Both the position numbers and the translations under genes were made by a program. Source: Ophelia neglecta (Eukaryota). Taken from it: 64,000 nucleotides of DNA. The stretch lies in the NCBI GenBank assembly GCA_965285935.1, contig OZ260661.1, positions 17,670,001 through 17,734,000 on the forward strand, given 5' to 3'. Position 1 is the first letter of the stretch. Each line of letters begins with the position of its first letter. This document shows positions 63,901 to 64,000 of the stretch, in pieces. The notes below the pieces were generated by a model. The model saw only the letters and a program-made list of their open reading frames with translations. It was not told the origin of the DNA and did no database searches.

Positions 63901-64000
63901 GTACAGTGATGAGAAAAATTAAAACATTTTCGGTCTGATTTTATGCCACTGTTCCAGTTAAACTAAGTAAACGACTATCAATCCCAGTGTTTTTTTCTTG

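Noticed and set aside
58667-64000. Right-hand RSS-like TIR of the RAGL element
   Set aside because: No GTG-ending sequence here is an extended inverted match to any CAC candidate upstream of RAG1L, and no shared 5-bp TSD was found by eye.

Overview
AT-rich animal genomic DNA, most likely a marine invertebrate (inferred from the TE repertoire). The window is almost entirely nested transposable elements, and I recognise no clear host gene. The standout is a decayed RAG-like (ProtoRAG/RAGL) transposon. It has a nearly full-length RAG1L on + (40808-44268: CND, RING/ZnF, NBD-like region, DDE core, cysteine-rich tail) and a hidden RAG2L 3' portion on - (57701-58464: two kelch-type blades plus PHD, no acidic hinge). 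The two genes look 13.4 kb apart only because one TIR element with an 8-bp TSD (44684-57592) sits between them. That element holds an RTEX/CR1-like LINE, a Ngaro tyrosine-recombinase retrotransposon and five MITEs. Removing it leaves RAG1L and RAG2L tail-to-tail about 0.5 kb apart, the ProtoRAG layout. No RSS-like TIR pair could be confirmed, and the 5' part of RAG2L is lost at a MITE with mismatched flanks. Other content: a SAP-SWIM-YqaJ transposon gene with a hATm element in its intron, Harbinger elements, three I-clade LINE fragments, a CACTA fragment, a pol-less Gypsy element within a 3-kb tandem duplication, two intron-containing piggyBacs, and a nine-copy MITE family with 9-bp TSDs and telomere-like internal repeats.
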